Positions 1 to 9,024 of a DNA stretch of 48,123 bases are shown here, one piece after another. Where the stretch lies: the NCBI GenBank assembly GCA_045599805.1, contig JAZRWQ010000133.1, positions 1 to 48,123 on the forward strand, given 5' to 3'. Numbering within the stretch: position 1 is the first letter of the stretch; each line of letters begins with the position of its first letter. The translations under genes were made by a program, and so were the position numbers. The notes below the pieces were generated by a model. That model worked only from the letters and a program-made list of their open reading frames with translations, was not told the origin of the DNA and did not search any database. Source of the stretch: Eubacteriales bacterium. Its GTDB lineage: Bacteria > Bacillota > Clostridia > Oscillospirales > UMGS1783.

Positions 1-2
1 CC

Positions 3-866
3 GGAAGCGGCAAAAGTATGCTTGCAAAACGTCTGCCGTCCATTTTGCCGGATATGTCATTTGACGAAGCCCTTGAAACTACGAAAATTCATTCAATAGC
101 CGGACTTTTGTCTTCCAGGAATTCGTTTGTGGCATCCAGACCGATCCGTATGCCGCATCATACGATATCTTATGCGGGGATGTCCGGAGGCGGCACTATA
201 CCGAAGCCGGGTGAACTGTCTTTGGCGCATAATGGCGTATTGTTTTTGGACGAGCTTCCGGAATATAATAAAATGGTGCTTGAAGTATTAAGACAGCCGT
301 TAGAGGATGGCATCGTAAGAATATCACGTGCTTCGGGTACAGCTGAATTTCCTTGTTCCTTTATGCTTGTATGCGCCATGAATCCGTGTAAATGCGGATA
401 TTACGGTCATCCTACTATTCAGTGCACCTGCAAGCTTTCGGATGTGAGAAAGTATCTCTCTAAAATTTCCGGACCACTGCTTGACCGAATAGATATTCAG
501 GTCGAAGTGCCGAGCGTTACATATGCGCAGTTATCCGAAAGAATGCGCGGTGAATCGTCCGCTGACATAAGAAAGCGTGTAAATGCCGCAAGAAAGGTGC
601 AGATGAAGCGCTTTTCCGGTACAAATGTTCATTGCAACGCGCAGATGACCGGCGATATGGTACGCGAATACTGCATACTTGACAGGGAAGCGGCGCTTAT
701 ACTTCAAAAGATTTTTGACAAGAATTCTCTTTCCGCAAGGGGTTACGACAGAATACTTAAAGTTGGCAGAACTCTTGCCGATATGAACAGACATTCTGTT
801 ATTGAAGTATCGGATATAGTTGAGGCTGCAACATATCGCGCTCTTGATAAAAAATATTTCAGATAA
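3..866 (+). CDS. comM: YifB/ComM-family Mg-chelatase-like AAA+ ATPase, 5'-truncated by the window edge
   Basis: The frame is open back to base 3. The first codons read GSGKSM (end of a Walker A loop), followed by HNGVLFLDELPE (Walker B) and a C-terminal Mg-chelatase-like domain. Confidence 0.85.
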   Translation, partial: GSGKSMLAKRLPSILPDMSFDEALETTKIHSIAGLLSSRNSFVASRPIRMPHHTISYAGMSGGGTIPKPGELSLAHNGVLFLDELPEYNKMVLEVLRQPLEDGIVRISRASGTAEFPCSFMLVCAMNPCKCGYYGHPTIQCTCKLSDVRKYLSKISGPLLDRIDIQVEVPSVTYAQLSERMRGESSADIRKRVNAARKVQMKRFSGTNVHCNAQMTGDMVREYCILDREAALILQKIFDKNSLSARGYDRILKVGRTLADMNRHSVIEVSDIVEAATYRALDKKYFR

Positions 867-888
867 TTTGTTTTGAGGTTATTTGTTT

Positions 889-2349
889 ATGGTTTTGGCA
901 AAGATTCTTGATAAACTTAATGAAAAAAGTCTCATGCTGTCATCCGTATCGGATGATATTGAGATTACGAATATATCATATAATTCCAAAAACGTTTTAA
1001 AGGGATGCCTCTTTATCTGCAAGGGAATTACATTTAAGAAGGATTATTTGACGGATGCAATAAAAAAAGGCGCCGCGGTATATCTTTCCGAAATAGACTA
1101 CGGTGTTGAAATACCCTGCATAAAAGTAAGCGATATAAGAAAAGCAATGGCTATTGCTTCCGCTGTATTTTATGATAATCCGGCAGATAAGCTTAAGATA
1201 ATAGGTGTTACCGGCACAAAAGGCAAAACCACCACGGCTTTTATGGTAAAATCTATATTCGATGCCTCAGAAGTTCCGTGTGGGTTAATGACTACGGTAA
1301 GAGTTGAAACGGGGAAGAGCGTAACACCCTCCACCATGACAACTCCCGAATCTCCCGATTTACAAAAGGGTTTATGTGAAATGGTGGACTCCGGATACAA
1401 ATATGCCGTAATGGAGATTTCTTCGCAGGGGCTTCAATATGACCGCATTTACGGCGTAAATTTGGCCGCAGGTGCATTCGTCAATATAGGGCTTGATCAT
1501 ATCAGTCCGGTGGAGCATAAGGATTTCAAAGAGTATTTTGATGCTAAAAAGAAGATATTCAAGCATACAAATAAAGCCGTAATCTGTAACGATGATGAAC
1601 ATACCTCCGAAATGATAGCCTCCGCAAAGGAAAACGGATGTGAAATACTCACCTACGGTTTTGATGACAGCGCCGATATATATGCTTATAATTTAAAAAA
1701 AGACGGCGTTGTAACAAAATACACAGTCAAGACTCCGTTGTGGACTGCCGATTTTACGCTTCCCATGCTCGGCACATTTAACGTTTATAACAGCCTTGCC
1801 GCAATAGGCTTATGTATGGATCATTTTACCGTTGCACAGCTTCAAAAGGGTATTGAGGCAATGAAGATACCCGGCAGAATGAACGTGTTTACAGACGGCG
1901 AAATAACGGTCATAGTTGATTATGCACATAACCGTATGAGCTTCGAAACACTATTTAATAGTCTTAGAAAAGAATTCCCCGATAAAAAAATGGTAAGCGT
2001 TTTCGGATGCCCCGGCAGCAAAGCTCTCGTAAGACGAAAAGATTTGGGTGAAGCAACCGGAAAGCTGTGCGACTTTACAGTGCTTACGGCGGAAGATCCA
2101 AACTATGATGATGTTGAAGAGATAAACAGAGAAGTGGCAGGGTATATTGATAAGTATAACGGTAAATATATTTCAATTCCCGACAGAAAATCTGCAATAG
2201 AGTATGCCGTTAACCATGCAACAAAGGATGATGTTGTTGTTATCTGCGGCAAGGGCGAGGAAAAATATCAGCGCGTAAATAACGGCTATATTCCTTATGA
2301 GGGCGATATCGACCTCGCAAAATATTTCCTTGAAAACAGAATGAAATAG
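889..2349 (+). CDS. murE: UDP-N-acetylmuramoyl-L-alanyl-D-glutamate--diamino-acid ligase (MurE)
   Basis: Mur ligase P-loop GVTGTKGKTTT and MurE-length architecture. I prefer the ATG at 889 (GAGG about 10 nt upstream) to the TTG at 883. The specificity motif reads EDPN, not DNPR (see findings). Confidence 0.9.
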   Translation: MVLAKILDKLNEKSLMLSSVSDDIEITNISYNSKNVLKGCLFICKGITFKKDYLTDAIKKGAAVYLSEIDYGVEIPCIKVSDIRKAMAIASAVFYDNPADKLKIIGVTGTKGKTTTAFMVKSIFDASEVPCGLMTTVRVETGKSVTPSTMTTPESPDLQKGLCEMVDSGYKYAVMEISSQGLQYDRIYGVNLAAGAFVNIGLDHISPVEHKDFKEYFDAKKKIFKHTNKAVICNDDEHTSEMIASAKENGCEILTYGFDDSADIYAYNLKKDGVVTKYTVKTPLWTADFTLPMLGTFNVYNSLAAIGLCMDHFTVAQLQKGIEAMKIPGRMNVFTDGEITVIVDYAHNRMSFETLFNSLRKEFPDKKMVSVFGCPGSKALVRRKDLGEATGKLCDFTVLTAEDPNYDDVEEINREVAGYIDKYNGKYISIPDRKSAIEYAVNHATKDDVVVICGKGEEKYQRVNNGYIPYEGDIDLAKYFLENRMK

Positions 2350-2350
2350 T

Positions 2351-2384
2351 AAAAGGTCTGCACCTTAATAGGTGCAAACCTTTT
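2351..2384. terminator. Bidirectional hairpin terminator between convergent murE and dapA
   Basis: AAAAGGTCTGCACC-TTAATA-GGTGCAAACCTTTT: a 14-bp stem with one mismatch, flanked by A and T runs. Confidence 0.6.
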
Positions 2385-2385
2385 A

Positions 2386-3258
2386 TCAAATAAGCATGTT
2401 TTTAAGTTGTTCAGTTTCTTTGCTGTCAAGATCATATAAAGGCATCCGGCATTTGCCGCAATCCTTGCCGATAAGCCTCATCGCCGATTTTACCGGTATA
2501 GGATTTACCGATGAAAACAATGCTTTGTTTACTCTATATAGCTTTTTCTGAAGTTTTAAAGCATTGTCATAATCTTTTATTTCGCAGCAACTGCATAGCT
2601 TTGCGATATATTCCGGATATATATTTGCGCAAACCGATATAACGCCGCTTGCGCCGCATGACATATACGGAACGATCAGCTCATCACATCCGCTGTAAAC
2701 CTGCATATCATCACCGCACATATATTTAATGCCGATTATTTTGTCAAGGTCGCCCTTTGCATCCTTGACGGCGGCAATGTTCGGATGCTGTGATAAAATC
2801 TTATAGCTTTCAAGCTTTATTTCCATGCCGGTTCGCGAAGGAACATCGTACATTATGATTGGTATGTCAACGCTGTCGGCAATATCGTAAAAATAGCGTA
2901 TAAGACCTTTTTGAGACGTTTTGTTATAATATGGCGTTATAACCAAAAGTGCGTCAGCACCGCATTTTTGCGCCTCAATCGAAAGTGATTTTGCATTGTA
3001 AAAATTATTGCTGCCGGTACCCGCAATTATGGGTATTCTTCCGGCAGCAATCTTTACTGATTCTTTCGTGATTTTTATTTTTTCATCATGGGAGAGCGAT
3101 GGCGATTCTCCCGTAGTACCGCAAACGACAATTGCGTTTGTTCCTGATGCTATATGAAACTCAATAAGCTTACCGAGCATATCATAGTCAACATTGTCGT
3201 TTTTATCAAATGGCGTTACAAGTGCAACGGCACTGTTATTAAATATAAGGTTTTTCAA
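2386..3258 (-). CDS. dapA: 4-hydroxy-tetrahydrodipicolinate synthase
   Basis: 290 aa with DapA-like sequence throughout (VTPF, GTTGESPSLS, and the active-site Lys region KDAKGD). It sits directly downstream of asd. Confidence 0.92.
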   Translation of the reverse strand: MKNLIFNNSAVALVTPFDKNDNVDYDMLGKLIEFHIASGTNAIVVCGTTGESPSLSHDEKIKITKESVKIAAGRIPIIAGTGSNNFYNAKSLSIEAQKCGADALLVITPYYNKTSQKGLIRYFYDIADSVDIPIIMYDVPSRTGMEIKLESYKILSQHPNIAAVKDAKGDLDKIIGIKYMCGDDMQVYSGCDELIVPYMSCGASGVISVCANIYPEYIAKLCSCCEIKDYDNALKLQKKLYRVNKALFSSVNPIPVKSAMRLIGKDCGKCRMPLYDLDSKETEQLKNMLI

Positions 3259-3267
3259 ATATTCTCC

Positions 3268-4347
3268 TTAATCGAGATAACCCTTTGCGGCAAGTAATTC
3301 AGCCATAAGAACGGCACCGCCTGCGGCACCTCTTAAAGTGTTGTGCGACAGACATACGAACTTATAATCGTACTGGGTGTCGGGGCGAAGTCTGCCAACA
3401 CTTACCGCCATACCGCCTTCAAGGTTTCTGTCAAGCTTGGTCTGGGGACGGTTATCTTCTTCAAAATAATGTAAAAACTGCTTGGGTGCGCTCGGAAGCT
3501 CAAGCTCCTGGGGAGCGCCTTTGAAATTCTTCCATCTTTCAAGTATTTCTTCTTTGGAAACCTTCTTTTTGGTGGAGAAGAATACGGCAGCCATATGTCC
3601 GTCGGAAACGGGAACGCGCAGGCATTGTGCTGTGATTGAGGGTTCAGCTGCCGGAACTATTTCATCGTTTTCAATTTTGCCCCAAATCTTTAAAGGCTCC
3701 TGTTCAGACTTTTCTTCCTCGCCGCCGATATAGGGAATAACGTTATCGAGCATTTCGGGCCAGGATTTGAAGGTTTTGCCGGCGCCGGAGATAGCCTGAT
3801 AGGTGCAGGCAAGCACCTTTTCAAGACCTAAATCGAAAAGGGGATGAAGTGCGGGAACGTAGCTTTGTAAGGAGCAGTTGGACTTGACTGCGATAAATCC
3901 GCGCTTTGTGCCGAGTCTCTTTCTCTGTGCTTTGATTATTTCCGCATGATCATCGTTTATTTCGGGAACAATCATGGGAACGTCGGGAGTTTTTCTGTTT
4001 GCACTGTTATTGGAAATAACGGGGCATTCAAGCTTTGCATACATTTCTTCAAGGACTTTTATTTCGTCCTTTTTCATATTTACGGCACAGAATACGAAGT
4101 CAACCGACTTTGCTATTTCCTTTGCGTCTGCGGTTGCATCCTTAACAATCATTTCCTTGATGTTTTCGGGGATATCATCGGTCATAGCCCAGCGTTCACC
4201 AACGGCATCAATATACTTTTTGCCTGCGGAAGAGGCACTTGCCGCCAATAATGTTACGGTAAACCAGGGATGGTTGTTTAATATGGTTATAAACCTCTGA
4301 CCAACCATACCGGTTGCACCGATAATACCTACATTGAATTTTTTCAT
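3268..4347 (-). CDS. asd: Aspartate-semialdehyde dehydrogenase
   Basis: N-terminal Rossmann motif GIIGATGMVGQRF and Asd-like length. I chose the ATG at 4347 because AAAGGAG lies 8 nt upstream. The GTG at 4356 overlaps that SD. Confidence 0.92.
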   Translation of the reverse strand: MKKFNVGIIGATGMVGQRFITILNNHPWFTVTLLAASASSAGKKYIDAVGERWAMTDDIPENIKEMIVKDATADAKEIAKSVDFVFCAVNMKKDEIKVLEEMYAKLECPVISNNSANRKTPDVPMIVPEINDDHAEIIKAQRKRLGTKRGFIAVKSNCSLQSYVPALHPLFDLGLEKVLACTYQAISGAGKTFKSWPEMLDNVIPYIGGEEEKSEQEPLKIWGKIENDEIVPAAEPSITAQCLRVPVSDGHMAAVFFSTKKKVSKEEILERWKNFKGAPQELELPSAPKQFLHYFEEDNRPQTKLDRNLEGGMAVSVGRLRPDTQYDYKFVCLSHNTLRGAAGGAVLMAELLAAKGYLD

Positions 4348-4376
4348 TGTGAACACTCCTTTTAGTTAAAATTGGG

Positions 4377-4405
4377 TTGAAAAGCTACGCCCTTTGATAT
4401 ATAAT
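4377..4405 (+). promoter_or_regulatory. Sigma-A-type promoter for queA-tgt
   Basis: TTGAAA (4377-4382), 17-nt spacer, TATAAT (4400-4405), about 55 nt upstream of the queA ATG. Confidence 0.55.
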
Positions 4406-4416
4406 TTCATTTGCAC

Positions 4417-4445
4417 ATCATACCACTTTATTATTAATTTGTCAA
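4417..4445 (-). promoter_or_regulatory. Sigma-A-type promoter for asd-dapA
   Basis: Minus strand reads TTGACA (4445-4440), 17-nt spacer, TATGAT (4422-4417). It is divergent from the queA promoter. Confidence 0.55.
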
Positions 4446-4458
4446 TCATGAGGCTGAA

Positions 4459-5481
4459 ATGAACTTATCGGATTTTAATTATGACCTTCCGCAGGAGCTT
4501 ATTGCTCAAACACCCATAAAAAACAGAGATGAATCACGTCTCTTAGTTTATAATATGAAGGATAAATCGATTGTGGACTCCCGTTTTTATTCCGTTATCG
4601 ATTATCTAAATGAGGGCGATTGCCTTGTTATCAACGACTCCAAGGTAATGCCTGCACGCTTACTCGGTGTAAAAGAGGATACCGGTGCGCATGTTGAGAT
4701 TCTTCTGCTTGAAAATAAGGGGGGCGACGTTTGGGAAGCTATAGTCCGTCCCGGCAAGAAGCTTCGTGTAGGTGCCAAGGTAATATTCAACGAAAAGCTT
4801 TCCTGCACTATTGATGATGTACTGGAAGACGGCAACAGATGCGTGAAATTTATTTATAGCGGTAATTTTTACGAAATACTTGATGAAATAGGGCAGATGC
4901 CGCTTCCGCCGTATATAAAAGAGAAGCTTGAAGACAAGGACAGATATCAGACGGTATACGCAAAGGACCTCGGCTCGGCCGCTGCACCTACCGCAGGATT
5001 GCATTTTACAAATGAACTGCTTGAACGCATCAAAGGCAAAGGTGTCAATATCCTTCGCGTAACGCTTCATGTAGGACTCGGAACTTTCAGACCGGTCAAG
5101 GTCGATAATATCCTTGAACATCATATGCATTCTGAGTATTATACTCTGCCGCAGGAAACGGTAGACGATATATTGAAGGCTAAAAAGAACGGGAAAAAGA
5201 TTTATGCCGTCGGCACAACAAGCTGCCGCACTCTTGAAGGCTCCTTCGCAAAAAATAATGCGCTTATTGCCGATCACGGTTATACGAATATTTTTATATA
5301 TCCCGGCTTTAAATTCAACGTAATAGATGCACTTATCACAAACTTCCATCTTCCGGAAAGCACCTTGCTTATGCTTGTTTCTGCTTTGGCCGGCAGGGAA
5401 GAGATGCTTCGCGTTTACAAACACGCAGTTGATGAGAGATACAGATTTTTCAGTTTCGGCGATGCTATGCTGATATATTAA
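4459..5481 (+). CDS. queA: S-adenosylmethionine:tRNA ribosyltransferase-isomerase
   Basis: The N-terminus [14 protein letters not shown] and the motifs MPLPPYI and [10 protein letters not shown] are diagnostic of QueA. It lies in the queA-tgt-yajC synteny. Confidence 0.95.
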   Translation: MNLSDFNYDLPQELIAQTPIKNRDESRLLVYNMKDKSIVDSRFYSVIDYLNEGDCLVINDSKVMPARLLGVKEDTGAHVEILLLENKGGDVWEAIVRPGKKLRVGAKVIFNEKLSCTIDDVLEDGNRCVKFIYSGNFYEILDEIGQMPLPPYIKEKLEDKDRYQTVYAKDLGSAAAPTAGLHFTNELLERIKGKGVNILRVTLHVGLGTFRPVKVDNILEHHMHSEYYTLPQETVDDILKAKKNGKKIYAVGTTSCRTLEGSFAKNNALIADHGYTNIFIYPGFKFNVIDALITNFHLPESTLLMLVSALAGREEMLRVYKHAVDERYRFFSFGDAMLIY

Positions 5482-5491
5482 GGATAGAGTT

Positions 5492-6622
5492 ATGTATAAA
5501 CTTCTAAAACAGGAAAATAATGCAAGAAGGGGAGAGTTTACCACCGTTCACGGTACGGTACAGACTCCGGCTTTTATGAATGTCGGCACCTGTGCGGCAA
5601 TTCGCGGCGGTGTTTCCTCGCTTGACCTTAAGGATCTTAACTGTCAGGTTGAGCTATGTAATACCTATCATTTGCATCTCCGTCCGGGCGATGAAGTTGT
5701 AAAACAGATGGGCGGACTTCATAGGTTTATGAATTGGGACAGACCGATTCTTACCGACAGCGGCGGATTCCAGGTTTTTTCTCTTTCATCGCTCCGTAAA
5801 ATCGAAGAACGCGGCGTTACTTTTGCCTCGCATATTGATGGCAAACGCATATTTATGGGGCCGGAGGAAAGCATGCGCATCCAATCAAATCTTGCCTCAA
5901 CTATTGCAATGGCTTTTGACGAATGCGTTGAAAATCCCTCTCCGTATGATTATGTTAAAAAGTCGTGTGAGCGTACTGCCCGCTGGCTCAAACGCTGCAA
6001 AACGGAAATGGACAGGCTTAATTCACTGCCCGATACAATAAATAAAAATCAGATGCTTTTCGGTATAAATCAGGGCGGCACCTATCATGATTTGAGAATA
6101 TCCCACATGCAGCAAATAGCCAAGCTTGATCTTGACGGATATGCCATAGGCGGACTTGCCGTAGGCGAAACCGCTGAGGAAATGTATTCGGTTATCGATG
6201 ACGTTATAAAGTATATGCCGGAAAATAAGCCGCGCTATCTTATGGGTGTAGGAACTCCGGTGAATATCCTCGAAGGTGTAGCAAGGGGTATTGATTTGTT
6301 TGACTGCGTAATGCCGTCAAGAAATGCGCGTCACGGACATATATTTACTTCTTTAGGTATAATCAATATCCATAACAGTAAATATATTACCGATTCGCTG
6401 CCGCTTGATCCTAATTGTGACTGTCCGGTTTGCCGAAACTTTTCCCGCAGCTATGTAAGGCATCTTATAAAAGCCGATGAGATGTTGGGGATGCGCCTTG
6501 CGGTAATGCATAATCTGTATTTTTATAACGGTCTTATGGAAAAGATACGTTATCATATCGAAAATGGTACGTTTACCGAGTATAAAGATAACATTATTCC
6601 GATTATCGGTAAAAGAATTTAA
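5492..6622 (+). CDS. tgt: tRNA-guanine(34) transglycosylase
   Basis: Motifs LTDSGGFQVFS and GLAVGE, plus the zinc site CDCPVC...H. 376 aa. Confidence 0.95.
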   Translation: MYKLLKQENNARRGEFTTVHGTVQTPAFMNVGTCAAIRGGVSSLDLKDLNCQVELCNTYHLHLRPGDEVVKQMGGLHRFMNWDRPILTDSGGFQVFSLSSLRKIEERGVTFASHIDGKRIFMGPEESMRIQSNLASTIAMAFDECVENPSPYDYVKKSCERTARWLKRCKTEMDRLNSLPDTINKNQMLFGINQGGTYHDLRISHMQQIAKLDLDGYAIGGLAVGETAEEMYSVIDDVIKYMPENKPRYLMGVGTPVNILEGVARGIDLFDCVMPSRNARHGHIFTSLGIINIHNSKYITDSLPLDPNCDCPVCRNFSRSYVRHLIKADEMLGMRLAVMHNLYFYNGLMEKIRYHIENGTFTEYKDNIIPIIGKRI

Positions 6623-6641
6623 AATTATTTTGCCGTAAGCA

Positions 6642-6670
6642 TTGATATTATTTCGTTTTTATATTATAAT
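6642..6670 (+). promoter_or_regulatory. Sigma-A-type promoter upstream of yajC
   Basis: TTGATA (6642-6647), 17-nt spacer, TATAAT (6665-6670). GGAGG SD at 6686-6690. Confidence 0.5.
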
Positions 6671-6700
6671 CAATATATAATTTTTGGAGGTAATCTATTT

Positions 6701-7045
6701 ATGATTGACAAGTATGCAATATTGTTAGGCTCATCATCCGGTTCTGCAGATGGCGCGGCTAATTCCTGGTTATGGCTTGTATTTCCCATTTTGATGTTTG
6801 TTGCACTTTATTTCCTTGCAATTCGTCCTCAGAAGAAAAAGGAAAAAGAAGCTGCACAGATGCGCAACAGCGTTGATGTAGGCGACACTATCACCACTAT
6901 CGGCGGTATCACCGGCAGAGTAATCAATGTAAAAGATGAAGCTGATGAAATCATCATCGAAACCGGTTCCGATAAAACAAAGATCCGTATCAAGAAGTGG
7001 GCAATAGCTTCCAGAGAAGCATTGGAAGACAACGAAGAAGAATAA
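6701..7045 (+). CDS. yajC: Preprotein translocase subunit YajC
   Basis: A single N-terminal TM segment, then RPQKKKEKE and GDTITTIGGITGRV, which is the YajC signature. It follows tgt as in other Firmicutes. Confidence 0.9.
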   Translation: MIDKYAILLGSSSGSADGAANSWLWLVFPILMFVALYFLAIRPQKKKEKEAAQMRNSVDVGDTITTIGGITGRVINVKDEADEIIIETGSDKTKIRIKKWAIASREALEDNEEE

Positions 7046-7053
7046 TTGATATT

Positions 7054-7098
7054 AACTCCTAATAAGATGTAATAATCTTATTAGGAGTTGATTTTTTT
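7054..7098 (+). terminator. Rho-independent terminator after yajC
   Basis: AACTCCTAATAAGAT-GTAATA-ATCTTATTAGGAGTT: a perfect 15-bp stem followed by GATTTTTTT. Confidence 0.7.
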
Positions 7099-7491
7099 AT
7101 GGGAAAATATAAGTTCAAAGAAATCCGTCTGCTGCCTGTTATCGTAGGTGCATTGGTATTTATCGTAATCTCCGCAATCGGCGCATTTGCTTATTCGCTT
7201 TTTTTGTTAAAGGATGAAGTGAACATATCCGACAGCGTGATAGTAATAAATGTTATCCTTGCCGTTGCATCTTTGTCGGCAGGTGGAGTGGGCGGTTACA
7301 TAAATAAAACTAAGGGGATTTTTGTAGGACTGATTACCGCAGGACTTAACTTACTGCTGCTTCTGCTCATAAGTTTGTTTTTCAGAGATGACACACCGAT
7401 TTTTTCCGTAAACAATACAGTAAGGTTTCTGCTTATGCTCATACCGTCTCTCATCGGAAGCATACTCGGTGTCAACATGAGAAAATATTGA
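7099..7491 (+). CDS. Small polytopic membrane protein (YrzE/TIGR04086-like)
   Basis: 130 aa with about 4 hydrophobic segments. Its position right after yajC mirrors B. subtilis yrbF(yajC)-yrzE. Function unknown. Confidence 0.6.
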   Translation: MGKYKFKEIRLLPVIVGALVFIVISAIGAFAYSLFLLKDEVNISDSVIVINVILAVASLSAGGVGGYINKTKGIFVGLITAGLNLLLLLLISLFFRDDTPIFSVNNTVRFLLMLIPSLIGSILGVNMRKY

Positions 7492-7568
7492 TTTGTTTAC
7501 ATAATATTTGTTGCAATATATAAAAAAAAGAAGTATGATAATTACATAAATAAACGGAGATGATAAAA

Positions 7569-8369
7569 ATGTCTGAAAAGAAAATTGGGTTTATCGGCTG
7601 TGGCAATATGGCAAAGGCAATTATCGGCGGCATTTTGCGAAAAGGTTTTGGAGGAATTCTGAATGTTTACGATACCGTTTCGGATGCCTGCAAGGCAATA
7701 GCGGCTGACAACGTGGTAGTAAAGAATAATGCGGATGAGGTAATTTTAGATTCCGATATAATTTTTTTGGCAGTAAAGCCTCAGCATATCGCCGGGGTTT
7801 TTGAAAATATAACGGCAGACTTCTCACAAAAACTTTTTGTTACCATTCTTGCGGGCGTTTCCACGGAGTATATACGCTTGCTTGCAAAGAATAATGATTT
7901 GAAGGTTATTCGTGCAATGCCTAATACTCCGCTTTTGGTTGGCGAAGGGGCAACAGCGCTTTGCAAAACCGATAACGTTTCCGATGAAGAATTCGAATAT
8001 GTTTTCAATATTTTTTCCGGTTCCGGTATAGCAACAAAAATCAGCGAAAATAAAATGAATGAGATTATCAGCATAAACGGAAGCAGTCCGGCATATTTGT
8101 TTTTATTTGCAATGGCTGTTCAGGAGTATGCAAGATCGGTTGATATTTCGGAAGATACGGCGCTCAAGCTTTTTGCGCAGACATTGATCGGCAGTGCAAA
8201 AATGATGCTGGAATCGGGAAAAACACCTGAAGAACTTAAAATTATGGTTTCGTCTCCAGGCGGAACGACACTTGCCGCTCTCGGTGTAATGGAAGAACGC
8301 GGCTTTCCGGAAACTATTAAAGAGGCTATGGATGCCTGCACAAAGCGTGCATACGAGCTTGGCAAATAG
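7569..8369 (+). CDS. proC: Pyrroline-5-carboxylate reductase
   Basis: Motifs IGFIGCGNMAKAI, AVKPQ and the C-terminal SPGGTT. I prefer the ATG at 7569 (GGAG 9 nt upstream) to the ATG at 7560, which abuts the SD. Confidence 0.9.
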   Translation: MSEKKIGFIGCGNMAKAIIGGILRKGFGGILNVYDTVSDACKAIAADNVVVKNNADEVILDSDIIFLAVKPQHIAGVFENITADFSQKLFVTILAGVSTEYIRLLAKNNDLKVIRAMPNTPLLVGEGATALCKTDNVSDEEFEYVFNIFSGSGIATKISENKMNEIISINGSSPAYLFLFAMAVQEYARSVDISEDTALKLFAQTLIGSAKMMLESGKTPEELKIMVSSPGGTTLAALGVMEERGFPETIKEAMDACTKRAYELGK

Positions 8370-8424
8370 TAATATTTTCACTTCCCTTTGAATATAATCG
8401 TACAAAAACAGGGAAGTGTAAAAT

Positions 8425-9015
8425 TTGAAAAATGAGATAGTTGTAAAGCTTAAAAATATAATAGAATTTATAAAATACAACAGCATTATTGTCGTTTTAT
8501 CATGTTTTTTTGTGCTTGGCATAGCGGCAGGCGCTTTTTTGTACAACAGAGCCTGCGTTAGCGACAGCGAGCTGCTGCGACAGTTTGCAAACGCATTGTC
8601 CGTTGAAGGTGATCATGTAACGACGTTTTTAAACGACGCAACGGTTTATTTTTTGTATTTTACCGTTATTGCTTTACTCGGTACATCTCTTTTGGGACGA
8701 TATCTTTTGTATATCGTTCCGTTTATCAAGGGAGTAAGCTACGGATATATAAGCGGATTTATTTTCGGCGTGTTCGGAATAAACGGTTTTGCCGTAAATC
8801 TTCTCGGCATTCTGCCCCAGAATGTATTGACCGGTATGATGCTTATATACGCCTGCAAACTATCAATTTCATTTTCTGAGGGCTTTATCGAATTCAATAA
8901 AAAATACCGTATGAAATACTATATTTTATGCATTTCAGTACTATTTGCACTATGCCTTATAGTGTCTTTGATGGATGTATTTCTAACCGGTGTAGTTATT
9001 AAAAATTATTTATAA
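8425..9015 (+). CDS. spoIIM: Stage II sporulation protein M-like membrane protein
   Basis: 196 aa with about 5 TM segments and a SpoIIM-like layout. It lies immediately upstream of xerD, as spoIIM is near ripX/xerD in Bacillus. TTG start; there is no in-frame ATG until deep inside the ORF. Confidence 0.6.
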   Translation: MKNEIVVKLKNIIEFIKYNSIIVVLSCFFVLGIAAGAFLYNRACVSDSELLRQFANALSVEGDHVTTFLNDATVYFLYFTVIALLGTSLLGRYLLYIVPFIKGVSYGYISGFIFGVFGINGFAVNLLGILPQNVLTGMMLIYACKLSISFSEGFIEFNKKYRMKYYILCISVLFALCLIVSLMDVFLTGVVIKNYL

Positions 9016-9024
9016 GGTGTTATA

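Noticed and set aside
4660-5544. A 294-aa ORF on the minus strand spanning almost all of queA.
   Set aside because: It is antisense to a confidently identified, motif-rich gene. Its translation is low-complexity with no recognisable motif, and it has no SD. This is a typical shadow ORF.
8103-8546. A 147-aa minus-strand ORF bridging the proC 3' end and the spoIIM 5' end.
   Set aside because: It overlaps two well-supported plus-strand genes and the hairpin between them. The composition is Phe/Lys/Ser-rich, as expected from the reverse frame of AT-rich coding DNA.
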